Shown: one piece after another, positions 1 to 15,984 of the stretch | Position numbering within the stretch: the stretch's first letter is position 1 | Layout of the letters: every line of letters starts with the position of its first letter | Assembly: GCF_009914755.1 (NCBI RefSeq) | Contig: NC_060928.1 | DNA length: 64,000 bases | Source of the DNA: the human T2T-CHM13v2.0 reference genome, Homo sapiens | Direction: 5' to 3' (one strand) | Translations under genes and position numbers: made by a program | The notes under the pieces: model-generated | What the model saw: only the letters and a program-made list of their open reading frames with translations | What the model was told of the DNA's origin: nothing | Database searches by the model: none

Positions 1-275
1 CAGTGATTAAACACTTAGATGAACTTGTAATTAAGCTTAGAAATGAGGTAAATTTAGAATTAGGGAAGCAATAATAGTGTAACTTTATATTGGACTAAAG
101 TTAAGTGATATTTTATATAAATGTAACTGATAGAACTGGTTAAGACTACTCACCTTAATCAACTATAAATCAGAGAAAGCATACCCTAGCTATGGAACAT
201 AATGCAATCAAATGTATAGATTCATTGTTTCAAACTTGGATTTGCCATGCAGATGTTTTTCATTAGAAAGGTTTC

Positions 276-3755
<3,480 letters not shown>

Positions 3756-3971
3756 GTTTTTTCTAGGAAAATTTATTTTCATTTGTAAAATATTTAATGA
3801 AATAGTAGTCAACTTATTCAAAGAAATATTGTTTCACTCATTACAAAGTAGTGGTAAAATATGTACATTTCTTTGAACTAAATTGTACTTCTTAAAAACT
3901 TTGTTATTTTGGAATAATTTTATATTTATAGAAAAGTTGCAAAGATAGTACAGAGAATCCCTGTCCACCCC

Positions 3972-4239
3972 TGTTAAAATAATTAAGTGGTACACCATTA
4001 GGTTAGAGTGGCTCTAGTGCCCTGTGTTCCCACATAAACAAAGTGGAACTTGAGCTGGCAATCATAGGCCACCAGCTGTGCATTTTCCAACTTCAACCAA
4101 TAAGCAGTTCCTTTGCTCTGTTTCCACATTCACCCTATAAATCCCCACAGCCCCTTTGGGGAAGCCCTTCAGAGCTTGTAGTTTGGTGCTGCCTGGTTAA
4201 TGAATCCCTGTTTGCTCAAATAAATTCTATCTTTTAACA
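3972..4239 (+). mobile_element. Short or internally deleted solo LTR (LTR47-like, family uncertain)
   Basis: Perfect 8-bp terminal inverted repeats TGTTAAAA...TTTTAACA, with internal CCAAT, TATAAA and AATAAA in LTR order. Confidence 0.6.
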
Positions 4240-4315
4240 GCCCTTCCTAGTTTCCCTTATTACTAACATTTCACATCACTATGGCACATTGATCAAGACA
4301 GAAAATGATACTGGT

Positions 4316-4607
4316 ATCTCTTTTACTTTCCTAGGGCTGCTATAACAAATTGCCGTAAACTCGAGAGTTTCTAACAACAGAAATGTATTCTCTCACAGTT
4401 CTGGGGTCCAGAAGTCCAAGACCCATATGTGGCAGGGCTGCCCTCCCTCCCTATGGCGGCTTTAGGGGACATTTTGTTCCTTGTCTCTTCCGGCTTCTGG
4501 TGGCTGCTGGAGTTTCTTGGTTTGTGGCTCCAATCTCCAGTCTCTACCTTCGTGACCACATTGCCTCCTCCTCTTCTCTTCTGGGAAGTCACCATTCAAC
4601 CTACAAC
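4316..4607 (-). mobile_element. MLT1 (MaLR) solo LTR, internally deleted
   Basis: CTAGGGCTGCTATAACAAATTGCC...CAACAGAAATGTATTCTCTCACAGTTCTGG...CCATTCAACC is typical antisense MLT1C/D sequence. Confidence 0.75.
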
Positions 4608-6144
4608 CCTGCATTACTATTAACTAAACTTCAGACAGCTTTTCCATGAATCTCCTCTTTCTATTTCAACATCTAATTAGGGCACCACAATGCTGCCCTG
4701 TCACCTCTTGTATGTGATGCTTCCCCCACACTTTACCTGTTTTTTATGACCTTGAGAATCTTGAGGTGTACAGGCAAGTTATCCCACAGGAAGACCCCCA
4801 CCTGGGTTTCTTTGATGTCTTTCTCATGGGATTTGGGGAAGGAATTTCACAGAGATAAAGTGCTTTCCTTGTCACATCAAATTAGGGGCACACGACACCA
4901 CTGAGGTTGTTCACCTTCATCACTCATTTCATGTGGTTTTGCCAAGTTTTTCCTCTCTAACTCTACTATTTTGCTTTTCTTTCTCTATTCTGTCCCATAG
5001 AAACAAGTCACTAAGTTTAGCGTATGGTTGGAGAGGAGGATTAAGCTCCAACTTCTGTAGAGTAAAATGTCTACACAAATAGTTTGGAATGTTTCTGTAA
5101 AATAATGTAACTTCTTCCCCATTCATTTTTTAATCATTTACTATATATCAACAGGAACTTGTGTATATTTATTCTATACTTTCGGTTATATCCCAATACT
5201 CTGTTGTTTATTTTACTGCTCAGATGATTCCAGCATTAAGTGGGGAGCTCCTTCAGGTGGGCCTCTGTTTCCCTTTGTCACACTCCCATTCTCTCGGGGA
5301 GTTTTTCATGCACTTTTTAACTTCCTGGTTCTACAAAATGCCCCAGGCTTATCTCGTATGCGTGGTTTATGTTTTAAAGCCAAATGAAATATTAAATGCT
5401 CAACTCTGATTGTGCTTGTCTGAAATGAGGAATGGCACTTACTGACACCTTCTGTGACTTTGTGAGTAAAAACAAGGGCACAGTTTCATAAAGTAATGAT
5501 TAAGCAAACAGCCAGGTGAAGGAGTTATGTGAGAGACATAACTGCTTTTCTTACAACTAAAATGTCTGTGCCTTGGGCAGAAGGCAGGGCTGTAACACTG
5601 AATTCTAATAACAGAGTTAACAACCTTTAGCTCTAGCACAGGCTCACCTGAGATGATCAATTCCCTGTTGGTACAAGCCTCTCCTGGCTGTCGACTCAGA
5701 ACTCCTCATTCACCTACATTTAACCTCTGTCAGTGGTTGTAAATGTACAGACAATGCTCTCTCATAAAATCACCAATTCAATAAGTGTTTTCATAGAACA
5801 ATTTTGGCTCTTGAAACACAAAAAAATTTTACAGTGTAGATGTGGGTCACTTACCCCAGAAATGAACTGGAACCAAATTGCCCATGGAAGCTGCACATAC
5901 ACACTTGGAATAATCAGCACTACCCAAGATTCTAACTTGTGTATTTGTTTATATTTTCTCTAACAGAGAGAGGCTAAGAGAAATTTCCTTGATTGTAGTT
6001 GGACTTCTCAGGAGGAAGGCTGTATCTTTCTAATACTGCTTGGTCACCAGCACACAAAAACACATTAGCATTAAGGTATTATATAGCAATAAGGATAACT
6101 TCTGTAACATACGACATTTCACTATTTTCAACATACATGCACGT

Positions 6145-6147
<3 letters not shown>

Positions 6148-6182
<35 letters not shown>

Positions 6183-6185
6183 ACA
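6148..6185. repeat. (CA)n microsatellite
   Basis: Direct observation. Confidence 0.95.
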
Positions 6186-6242
6186 GGAAAAGAGTCCTTC
6201 CCAATGGGCAAGGAAAGTATTATCAATATATTTTCATTCTGT

Positions 6243-6932
6243 GGATGAGGAAGCCATGATATAGATAGGAATGAGGAAGCCATGCTATGGACATGGATGA
6301 GGAAGCCATGCTATGGACATGGATGAGGAAGCCATGATATGGATATGGATGAGGAAGTCATGATATGGATATGGATGAGGAAGCCATGATATGGATATGG
6401 ATGAGGAAGCCATGCTATGGATATGGATGAGGAAGCCATGATATGGATATGGATGAGGAAGTCATGCTATGGATATGGATGAGGAAGCCATGATATGGAT
6501 ATGGATGAAGAAGCCATGCTATGGATATGGATGAGGATGCCATGATATGGATATGGATGAGGAAGCCATGATATGGATATGGATGAAGAAGCCATGCTAT
6601 GGATATGGATGAGGAAGCCATGATATGCACATGGATGAGGAAGCCATGATATGCACATGGATGAGGAAGCCATGATATGCACATGCATGAGGAAGCCATG
6701 CTATGGACATGGATGAGGAAGCCACGATATGGATATGGATGAGGAAGCCATGATATGGATATGGATGAGGAAGCCATGCTACGGACATGGATGAGGAAGC
6801 CATGATATGGATATGGATGAGGAGGCCATGATATGGATATGGATGAGGAGGCCATGATATGGATATGGATGAGGAAGCCATGCTATAGACATGGATGAGG
6901 AAGCCATGATATGGATATGGATGAGGAGGCCA
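6243..6932. repeat. 26-bp minisatellite GGATGAGGAAGCCATGATATGGATAT, about 26 copies
   Basis: Head-to-tail copies with point variants (GAT/GCT, GGAT/GGAC/GCAC) and no spacers. Confidence 0.95.
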
Positions 6933-8129
6933 TCTCTTACTCTATGACTGGGTAAGACAGATGAAATTTCCTGGCACAGTAATCACTGTTACTTAATTAC
7001 AGAGCACACAAATTCAGGAGGATTCAGGAATGTTTTCTAAAATCCCTTTGTACTGACAAACTATGTGCAGAATATCAAAATATGCAGTATATCTAAAATG
7101 TTCTTTAATGTTTTTATAAAACACAATGAGTTTAATCCCAATTAGAAATCCAAAAATCAGCTATTGAATAGTCAATCTGTCTCAAAACTCAAACTGAACC
7201 TATATGACCCAACATGTTTACAGTCTGATTAATGAGGCAGTTTTCCAAAATTTAGTCTGGCAACAAAAAATTTTCTAAATACTTGAAATGTAATTTCAAG
7301 GAAATTATGTGCATATTAAAGTCAAGCTGGAAAAATGTGTGGGTTACTTACTCTAGAGCAAGGAGTCATTTCCATAAAATGTTTCAGCAGGATGTGCACT
7401 GTAAAATATAAATGGAGAGGAATGACCGGATGTGCTCTTTTGTCTTTCAGCATCAACATTTTTAAAAATACTGTATTTTGCCTTGTTATTTTCACAAAAG
7501 CATTTAGCAACCTTTCAGATTTTCAACATTACATTTTGACAAGACAAAGAGAAGAGTAATCTGTGGGCGGCACCCTGAAATAATAACCAGAGGAGTATTA
7601 TAGGAAAGAACATCGTGTCAGCTGCTAGAACTTCACCGACTACACTTCTCTGGGAATCAGAATGAACGTCTTCATGACTACTTATGATATAGAACGATTT
7701 TACTTTTGAAATCCAGATGAGTCACTAATTCTAAAGGGTACAGCATCCCAAGCTCTGCAGCCACCATTTTAAGAGTAAAGGAAGGAGAACATTAAGCAGC
7801 CAACTTATTTAAGGTTTTTTTTCTCTGCTTGTCTCATTAGTCTTCTTTTATTCTTCCCGTTGAGACAAATATGATCTAAAATCATCAAATATAAAATATG
7901 AGTAACTCTCTCTGAAGAATTAATCTAATGTATTTGGATGTTTGGTTTTTAAAATGCAGTTAAGAAATTACATCCCCTAAACTGTTAATTAATGCTAAAG
8001 CTGGCAATTATTCTGTTTATTTGCAGCATCAGTCTTGGTGAATGCTCACTTTTCTTTAGGTTTTCAGGTTGTGAAAGCAATAGCATATAAAGTGACCTTC
8101 TTTCTTTCACTTCTGCCACTGACATGGAC

Positions 8130-11100
8130 TAAATGTTAGTATGGCACATCCTTCCGCCTCCTGCTCTTTCCCACCTACTTACGTCTTTATATTAAAGTGG
8201 AAGGCAAGTAGAGGACATAGAATCCGGTCTTGTTTCGTACTCACTCTGATATCCTTTCTTTTAATTGGCATATTTAGACCATTCATGTTTAATGAGATTA
8301 TTGATAAAATTGGATTAATATTTACCATGTTTGAAGCTGTTTTTCATTTTTTGAATTTATTCCTTGTTTCTTTGAGTTTCCCCTCTTTTTCTTTCTTCTC
8401 TTGTTTATATGATTTTATTTTATCTGCTATTTGACCATATTATTATATTTTTTAAGACAAATCTTAGTGGCTTCTTGAAAGTATGTAACACACAGTTTTA
8501 AATAATTTAAGTCTATCTGCAATAGCACTATCCTACTTCACATGTACTGTGAATTTGTGGAGCAGGTTCACCGTGCACTGGTTAGCAACTTGTCTGAGTG
8601 CAGTGAGACAGAGCACGCTCAGGGGCAACAAGTCAAGACTGAGAATTATCACATACAACAGAAATGTAGGATTCATCATGAGCTAGTCCCTCAAAGCTCA
8701 GGAAAGCTGCATAGAGCAGATGGAGCCTTGTCTGTGTGTGACCCACTTACCATGCAGCTGAGGAATCCTGGAAATAAGGCTGCCCTGGGATTTACACCCC
8801 AAGAGTCACATGAAGTGCTGGGCTGAAGTGTTGAAGAACATTCTATTTGTGGGGAGGAGGGACTGTTCCAGCCATCCTCTCCATATACCAGGATGTTGCA
8901 TTTCTGTAGTTATAGAACAACGTTCTACAGTTGTTCTCAAGAACTATAAGTGAGAAAGGGAAGTTAACTGGGTCAGTCCAAGACTGCCTGGAGAACTGTC
9001 CTACACAAGTAACAGAGTATTTCCAATGGCTCCTTCATATCTCTGTGATAGGTGGCCATGCATTTCACTTATCCACATGCTATAATCACTCAACACGTTG
9101 TTACTATTACTGATTTAAATCAAGTTACCTTTTAGATCAGTTAGGAATGAGAAAAGTAAAAGATTGAATTTTACCTTCGTGTTCTCCTTTCCAGCACTCT
9201 TCCTTTCTTCATGCAGATCCAAGTATCTGACCAATATTATTTTCCTTCTTCCTGAAGAACTTCTTTTCACATTAGTTTCAGGGCAGGTCTTCTGGTCATG
9301 AGCACTCCCAGTTTTTGTTTCTCTGAGAAAGTCTTTATTTCTTCTTCACTCTGTAAGAATCATTTCTCTTGTTATAGAATTTTATGTTGGTGTTTCTTCT
9401 TCTTTCATTATCCTCTCCCCTCCACAATCCTCTTGCTTGCATGATTCCTGATGAGAAGTCATCTGTAATTCTTATCCTTGCCTTTCTATAGATAAAATGG
9501 CCCTTGCCCCCGGTTCTTTCAAGATTTCTTTTTGAAATTGCTTTTCTACTGTTTAAATATGATACCCCTAGAAGTAGGGCTTTGTTTTCCAGTATTTATC
9601 TTCTTGATGTTCTCTGAGCTAACCTGATAGGTGGTTTCATGTCTTCCGTACATTTTGGAAAGTGCTTTGCCATCATTACTTCAAATATTTCTTCTGCTCT
9701 ATTCTCTCTTTTTTGTCTTTTGGTAATCAAGTTAAATGTATGTTTTGCCTTTTGAAATTGTCCCACAGCTGTTGGATGTTCTGGGGTTATTTTTCTCGCT
9801 TATTTTCTACTTGCATTTCAGTTTGGAATGTTTCTATTGACATATCTTCAAGCTCATTAGTTTTTTTCCTCAGCTATTTCAATCTACTGTGGAGATCATC
9901 AAGGCACTCTTAATTTCTGTTACTGTGGCTTTGATTTCCAACATTTTCTTTTGATTTTTAAAGTCTCCTTCACTCAGCTAACATGTATCTGTTTTGACAC
10001 GTTATTTGATTTTTTATTAGATTCCTTAAGATATTAATTATAGTTGCTTTACATTTCCTGTTTGCTAATTCCAAAATTCGTCTTTCTGATACTGATTCTA
10101 ATGCTTGCCTTGTATCTTCAATCTATAATTTTTCTTGGCATTGTCTGTAATATTTGATGAAAGCCAGTAAATAGGTAGAAAGATAGAGATACATAGAAAA
10201 TAGAGATAGAGGTATATATAAACATACAGATATACATCAATAGGTGTACATCTATATCTATACATATATAAATACCAACACATACATTACATATAAGTAT
10301 ACACATACACACACACAACATGGGAACTTTGGTAAATTGGTCTTCAGTGCGAGGATTTATGTCAATTTGGCAGGTCTTGGACTTTGTTTAGTGTTTGTTG
10401 TAGCTATGGATGCCAGAGGTTTCAAATACCTCTGGTGGCCTTGTTTTTGTGTCTTTGGTTGTTTTAGTGTTTCTGTAAGATAAAGCCTGTCTTTCAGCTC
10501 TTTCACCTGGAATCAATTGTTAATACACTGGAGTCTGTTGGTGTTGCAGTTAAATGTTGGGGAGAGAAGCACACTGTAGTCTCGTGTGTAAGTATGAGTG
10601 TTTTAGTGGCACTTTGTCCCAGGGCTGTGACCTTTATAAGTGTTTCTTAGCTTTCCTTCCTCCCTCAATGGTGATAAAAGAAAGCAAGAAGTGGCTGGCT
10701 TATAGATATATTCTTGCCCCAGGAGGAATGGGGCCCTGGCAGTCTTTTTTTCCCGGAGAGTAGGCTTTTGTTATAGAGAAGACCCTGGGCATGTTTTATA
10801 AAGATTACCTTTCCCTTCCTTCTGCCACAGCACCAGGGGATCTCTCTTGCTTTCCACCTTGAGACCCTGGTGGCATTCCGAGTTCCAACTGGGTTGGGGC
10901 AGTGAAAAGGGGGCCCTAACACTAGGGTCTCCAGAAAGTTTTCACTCTCAGAACAGTCTGCATTCAGCCTCCAGCAATTCATCAAAATTACCACCTACAT
11001 GTCCATGCAGGTTTATGACTCCAACTGCTCCTGCTCTAGGGAGGCTGATCTTGGTCATGATGATCTGCATTCAGCTGCATCTTCAGCTTTGGGCACCAGG

Positions 11101-11220
11101 CAGCCCTGTGACCTCAGGTCTTCAAGGAGTCTAAGAAAAGTAATTGATTTATAGTTTGTTCAGTTTTTTTCTTATTGTAAGAACAAAGTGTTTGCCTCTA
11201 AGCTCTTTATATGTCAGACG
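8130..11220 (-). mobile_element. Ancient L1M fragment (ORF2 start, ORF1 and 5' region in antisense)
   Basis: T-rich antisense L1 motifs such as TTTAATTGGCATATTTAGACCATTCATGTTTAATG and CTCTGAGAAAGTCTTTATTTCTTCTTCA. Boundaries are approximate. Confidence 0.65.
8556..9005 (-). mobile_element. MER54-like ERVL solo LTR inserted in the L1M
   Basis: The reverse complement begins TGTAGGACAGTTCTCCAGGCAGTCTTGGACTGACCCAGTT...TAGTTCTTGAGAACAACTGTAGAA and ends in CA. Confidence 0.7.
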
Positions 11221-11594
11221 GAGATTCTAACAGGAAGTCTGTAAACGTGGCATTAGAATATTTTTACTTGGTAATCTCATTCAGGACAGTTCTGGAAAGG
11301 TATCATTTTCTAACTCAGGACAAAAGGCATACAGGGCCAATAGTATATTTGAAGAGCCAGGTGTTCTAGCTTTAGGCAGCTCTACCCTGAAATGATTGAA
11401 GACACATATTTGACCATTCTCTTAAATCTAAGGAATTAGATTAATTAATCAATCTTAATAACTAATTTCAGTGAGTAGGAAACTGGACTACTGGCTTATT
11501 ACATTTTAAATTGAATTATACTTCATATTATACTACAATATATAACACAATTTAAGAAACTCGAGGGCATAGATATCACCTCTACCATATATTT

Positions 11595-11712
11595 ATCTAT
11601 GTCTATCTATCTATCTATCATCTATCATCTATCTAATCATTCTTTTGAGGGAGAGACAGAGAGACAGAAAGAATGTGTGTGTGTGTGTATGTGTATGTTT
11701 GCATGTGTGTGT
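11595..11712. repeat. (TCTA)n and (TG)n simple repeats
   Basis: Direct observation. Confidence 0.8.
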
Positions 11713-11850
11713 GTTCCCTGCTTTAGCAATTCCATATCCATTCTCCACCCTCCTCCATCCCTCAGGAAACTGATCAATAGAGAGTAAATTGAAATGCTCC
11801 CTTGCCTTCTGGCTTTTGGTTAGATTCACCAAAGGACAAGAACACAGATA

Positions 11851-12290
11851 GAGAGAAAAGTCTGAGGTTGTAGCCTTAATTCCCTGAGCTTATTTCCTGT
11901 GTGCTCCCCTGGGATTAGGTACACCCTCCAACACAAATGGAGAGAAAAGTCTGAGGTTGTAGCCTTAATTCCCTGAGCTTATTTCCTGTGTGCTCCCCTG
12001 GGATTAGGTACACCCTCCAACACAAATGGAGAGAAAAGTCTGAGGTTGTAGCCTTAATTCCCTGAGTTTATTTCCTGTGTGTTCCCCAGGGATTAGGTAC
12101 ACCCTCCAACACAAATGGAGAGAAAAGTCTGAGATTGCAGCCTTAATTCCCCGAGTTTATTTCCTGTGTGTTCCCCTGGGATTAGGTACACCCTCCAACA
12201 CAAATGGAGAGAAAAGTGTGAGGTTGTAGGCTTAATTCCCTGAGCTTATTTCTTGTGTGTTCCCCTGGGATTGGGTACACCCTCCAACAA
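11851..12290. repeat. 89-bp minisatellite, about 5 copies, inside a degenerate LTR33-like element
   Basis: The unit GAGAGAAAAGTCTGAGGTTGTAGCC...CCAACACAAATG starts at 11851, 11940, 12029, 12118 and 12207. Confidence 0.93.
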
Positions 12291-12947
12291 AGTGCATAGC
12301 TCCTCCCTCCTGCTGTCCTTTTCACAGGAGTCTTCCCTTTAGGGATTTCAACTGCCCCTGCTTCCTGCTCAGTCACACGTGAGTTATAAAAGCCCAATTG
12401 TTTATGTGCTTGACCCTCTAGACCAATCCCCAGGGTCTAAGGCCAAATATACACAACCCAGGAGATAGGGTGATAGCATCATTCCCAAAGCTGCTTTTCT
12501 TTACCCCCACCTGTTTCTGAAGACTAGACTACATTAATGTGTCTAAAAGAGGAAGGAAGAAGGCTGGGTTCTGGCTGCCCTGCAGGCAGCATAGACACAA
12601 AGCGGCCATTGCCGGATAATCTAGGGAAGTCGTTGCATTTCTGAGCCCAAACCAGTAGCTCTTGTTTTCAGGAAATAATAAGTTCTATTGTCTTTGTAGT
12701 TGCTGGAAATTTCTAACAAATTCTGGTAGTGTTGATTGTCACATTTGCTTTAGGTGGTTGTGAATGTTGTCTTTTGAAAACATCTTAACATATGTTTGAC
12801 TGAAAAGTTAGGAAAGAATATCAGAGGCCATTTTAAACCCAAGACAGACTATTGAATTAACAATGACTATTAAATAAACCACATACATTTTCCCTCCTAG
12901 GAGATGTTGAACACAATATGGAACTTACCTCTTTCTGTACTTTATAC

Positions 12948-13072
12948 TTGAGCTAGGCTGTGTATATATCCCTTGAGCTAGGCTGTGTATATATCCCTTG
13001 AGCTAGGCTGTGTATATATCCCTTGAGCTAGGCTGTGTATATATCCCTTGAGCTAGGCTGTGTACATATCCC
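12948..13072. repeat. 25-bp tandem repeat TTGAGCTAGGCTGTGTATATATCCC, 5 copies
   Basis: Near-perfect copies start at 12948, 12973, 12998, 13023 and 13048. Confidence 0.95.
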
Positions 13073-13332
13073 TGAACTTGCCCAAATTCATGACTTTGTT
13101 TTCTCACTTTCCATTAGGATTTTCTTAGCTTCAGTTATATCTGTTGAAATTCTGTACTTTATTCAAGGGTTATCATGGATAGCAACTTCCCTATGAAACA
13201 TATTCTGATGTTTTCAATCAGATATTTATAGTCTTTCCCTGTTTTGCACAACCATTGTATATTATTTATTTCTGCTTTATTGTCTTCACATTATGTATAC
13301 ACACATATGTAATATGCACACACACATATATA

Positions 13333-14021
13333 GAGTAAATTTTCATTATTTGCTGTAGGTTCATTCTCTGAAGCTGCTGCTAATGCTGAGTTTGTGAATA
13401 CTGAACCATGAATACTGAACCGTTGCTCTCATGGAAAATACAGGGTTAAACCCCTGCGGGCCTTTGGTTAGTATTTTTTTGCCCGCTCCTATCCTGGTCA
13501 CATTTTTGTCAATGTATCAATACATCATCTTGTTTTGTGTGTTTCTGTTTAAAGTCACCTTATTTAATACATGTTGTGATTCATTAACTTTGAGCTCATG
13601 GCCAACAGCATTCATGCCTGAGTGAAGCTTATCTTTCACATCTGTTTTCTCCGTGAGGCACACACAGCCTTCTTGTGCTTAGCCACACTAGACAGCACTT
13701 CCACACTATGCTCGGGGACCACCTCAAACAAAAAAGTTGCAAACAAAAAGCACAAAAATGCAAAAAGCACAGCACGGTAAAGGCTGCCAAAAGGACATTC
13801 ACTTGCAGTATGCGAGCTGATGCGGGAAGGCAGAGCATCCCCTTCTTCTACCTCAGCTGGGAACATGCACGTTGGGTGGCAAATCTTCCACCATTTTTCA
13901 TGTGCCTTTTCACGGGGAATGGCTGTGAAAGAACCACATTGTCGACTTGGGTATCACGAAGAAATTTTAGTCAGTAGGCAAATTTGCAAATGTGGAATAT
14001 GTGTAGAATGAGGATAAACTC

Positions 14022-14023
<2 letters not shown>
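13333..14023. mobile_element. MER82 (TcMar-Tigger) non-autonomous DNA transposon
   Basis: GAATACTGAACC...GGAAAATACAGGGTTA...CACTAGACAGCACTTCCACACTATGCT matches my recollection of MER82; degenerate terminal inverted repeats. Confidence 0.75.
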
Positions 14024-14055
<32 letters not shown>

Positions 14056-14699
14056 CACCTATTATGTTCCTGCTCCTTGCCAGATGCTGTGTTAAGCATT
14101 GTGGTTTACAAAGGAGGATATCACAATTTGGAAATGAAGATAATCAAATAAACTGATACATACAATGTGGTATAAAATACTCAAGAGGAAAGCACGTGTC
14201 ACTGAGGCCTCATCATGAGGTTACCTGGTGGAGCATCGACGTTCAGGAAACGTTTCCTGGAAAGAGTTGCCAGTGAGTGGAATCCTCAAGGACAAGTACA
14301 AAAGAAACCTTTCGTATTTTGTTTCATAGCAGCATCTAGTGTGGTGTCTAGATACATTATAAGTAAACAAAGATAAAGCTTTAATTAGCAACATCTACTT
14401 AGGTTACAAATATGAAATAGGAAAAAAGTATATGTAAGTGAAGCTTGGATATACAATTATTTCTAAAGTCCTAGAGATCCATTTCAGCTATGGTAATTAC
14501 TGAAGCAGAGCCGGGCACTTTCCTCGTCGGAAGACATGACGTGAGATGACATCACGCATGACTAAATGGGGACAGGCAGAGCACTGAAGAGATTGACAGC
14601 GGCCGAAATCCAGAGAGGCTCGTATGTCATGCAGAAGAGGGGGAGATTGAGAAGGAGTCATGCAGGGAGTAGAAAGATCATCTGTTGTGGCATTTTAAA

Positions 14700-15280
14700 A
14701 TCAAGGTGGACATTTTAATGGAGAGAGTGGTAAGCATTGGAAAGAGTCCAAGTAGCGTGAAGAATGAGAAGCATCCATTCACTGAGGTTCACAGCTAGAA
14801 GGTCATTATTGACCTTGGCAGGCATGGTCTCAGTGGAGAATTGGAGGCAGGAGCTAGATTGCAGGGCACTGAAGACCACATTGAAGGCCATGTGCATGCC
14901 TTGACCTCTAACTCCAAACACGCTGGCCATTTCCACCTCCTCTAACATGCTGTGTTTCCTCTGAATCAGGGTCTAAACATTCTCTCCCTTCTTATTCCGT
15001 TAACTCCTTCTTAAAGGTAACTGGCCTTCTTAAAGGTAACTGGCTCAGATGTTTCTCTTCCACAGCATCTTCCCTAAACACCACCTGCCATATCAGGACT
15101 CCCTGTTACACATTCGGACAGCACACTGTCACAGACTCTCATTCCAGGTCTACCTGCTGATCTGAATGGGGTCTACCTCCCCGTCCCACCACTAGGCGAA
15201 GACTGGGATCATGTCTTGTTTTCCTGACAATGGTATCCACAGTACCAGAGACGTTCCTGGCACATGTGTTTCATTCAACT
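14700..15280. mobile_element. L2 fragments in opposite orientations
   Basis: GAAGGTCATTATTGACCTTGGCA...CAGTGGAG is antisense L2; CATGTCTTGTTTT...CCTGGCACAT is a sense L2 3' end. Confidence 0.55.
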
Positions 15281-15984
15281 GAGAACTATTTCCTATAAAA
15301 TACTGAAACCTCCTTGCATTTATTCATTCATTTAGCTTCTCTGCAGTGCCTTGCATATGCAAACATGCTTGATAAATATGTTTAAACAACCAAACAGTAG
15401 TTAATTAAGATAGGACTATTGAGTTGGTCACAGAACATCTAGAATCTTCCTCCAATACTATATGATTTGCCTTCTTTGGTCATCACTCTGTCATCTTTGC
15501 CAGGAATAATGCCTGGCACAGAGTTAATGCATAACAATTTTTGTTGAATTAATAAATGAGTGATTAAATTAATATAAAATTATAATTAGTTATGGTCTAA
15601 TTTATGCCTTAAGTTTATAAACTTATAAGGCAAATTTCAAAAAAAGTCAGAAAATGCTCTGCAAGGCAAGAAGAGCATTTCAAAGGGAATTCTGGGTCTT
15701 CTTGTAAACTTTACTACGAGGAAGAAAATAAAAATGCACTTAAAAATCATCAGAAGGATTTTTCTAATGAGCTCAAATTTGAAAGGCTTTGAATAAGACA
15801 CGCAAGACTTAAACATTACCAAGTACACATATGCAGTAAAATTATGAGTTTCTTTTAAAATATACTGAAGCCAGAATAAGGGGAAAAATTAAAAGTAAAA
15901 AAAAAGTTACACATTTTAGTTTATCCATGGAGCTATATGAAACATAAAAAAATGGCACCTAAGGTCATCAACATCTTTAATACT

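Larger units (their letters stand above)
3895..5380 (-). mobile_element. Old L1MC-type 3' end fragment, split by two LTR insertions
   Basis: AGAAAAGTTGCAAAGATAGTACAGAGAA and CATTACTATTAACTAAACT match my recollection of the antisense L1MC 3' end; the sequence resumes across both inserts. Confidence 0.6.

Noticed and set aside
6415-6881. Repetitive HPYPY-type ORFs and a CRISPR-like appearance
   Set aside because: Head-to-tail 26-bp repeats with no unique spacers, no cas genes and a mammalian context. The same applies to the other arrays.
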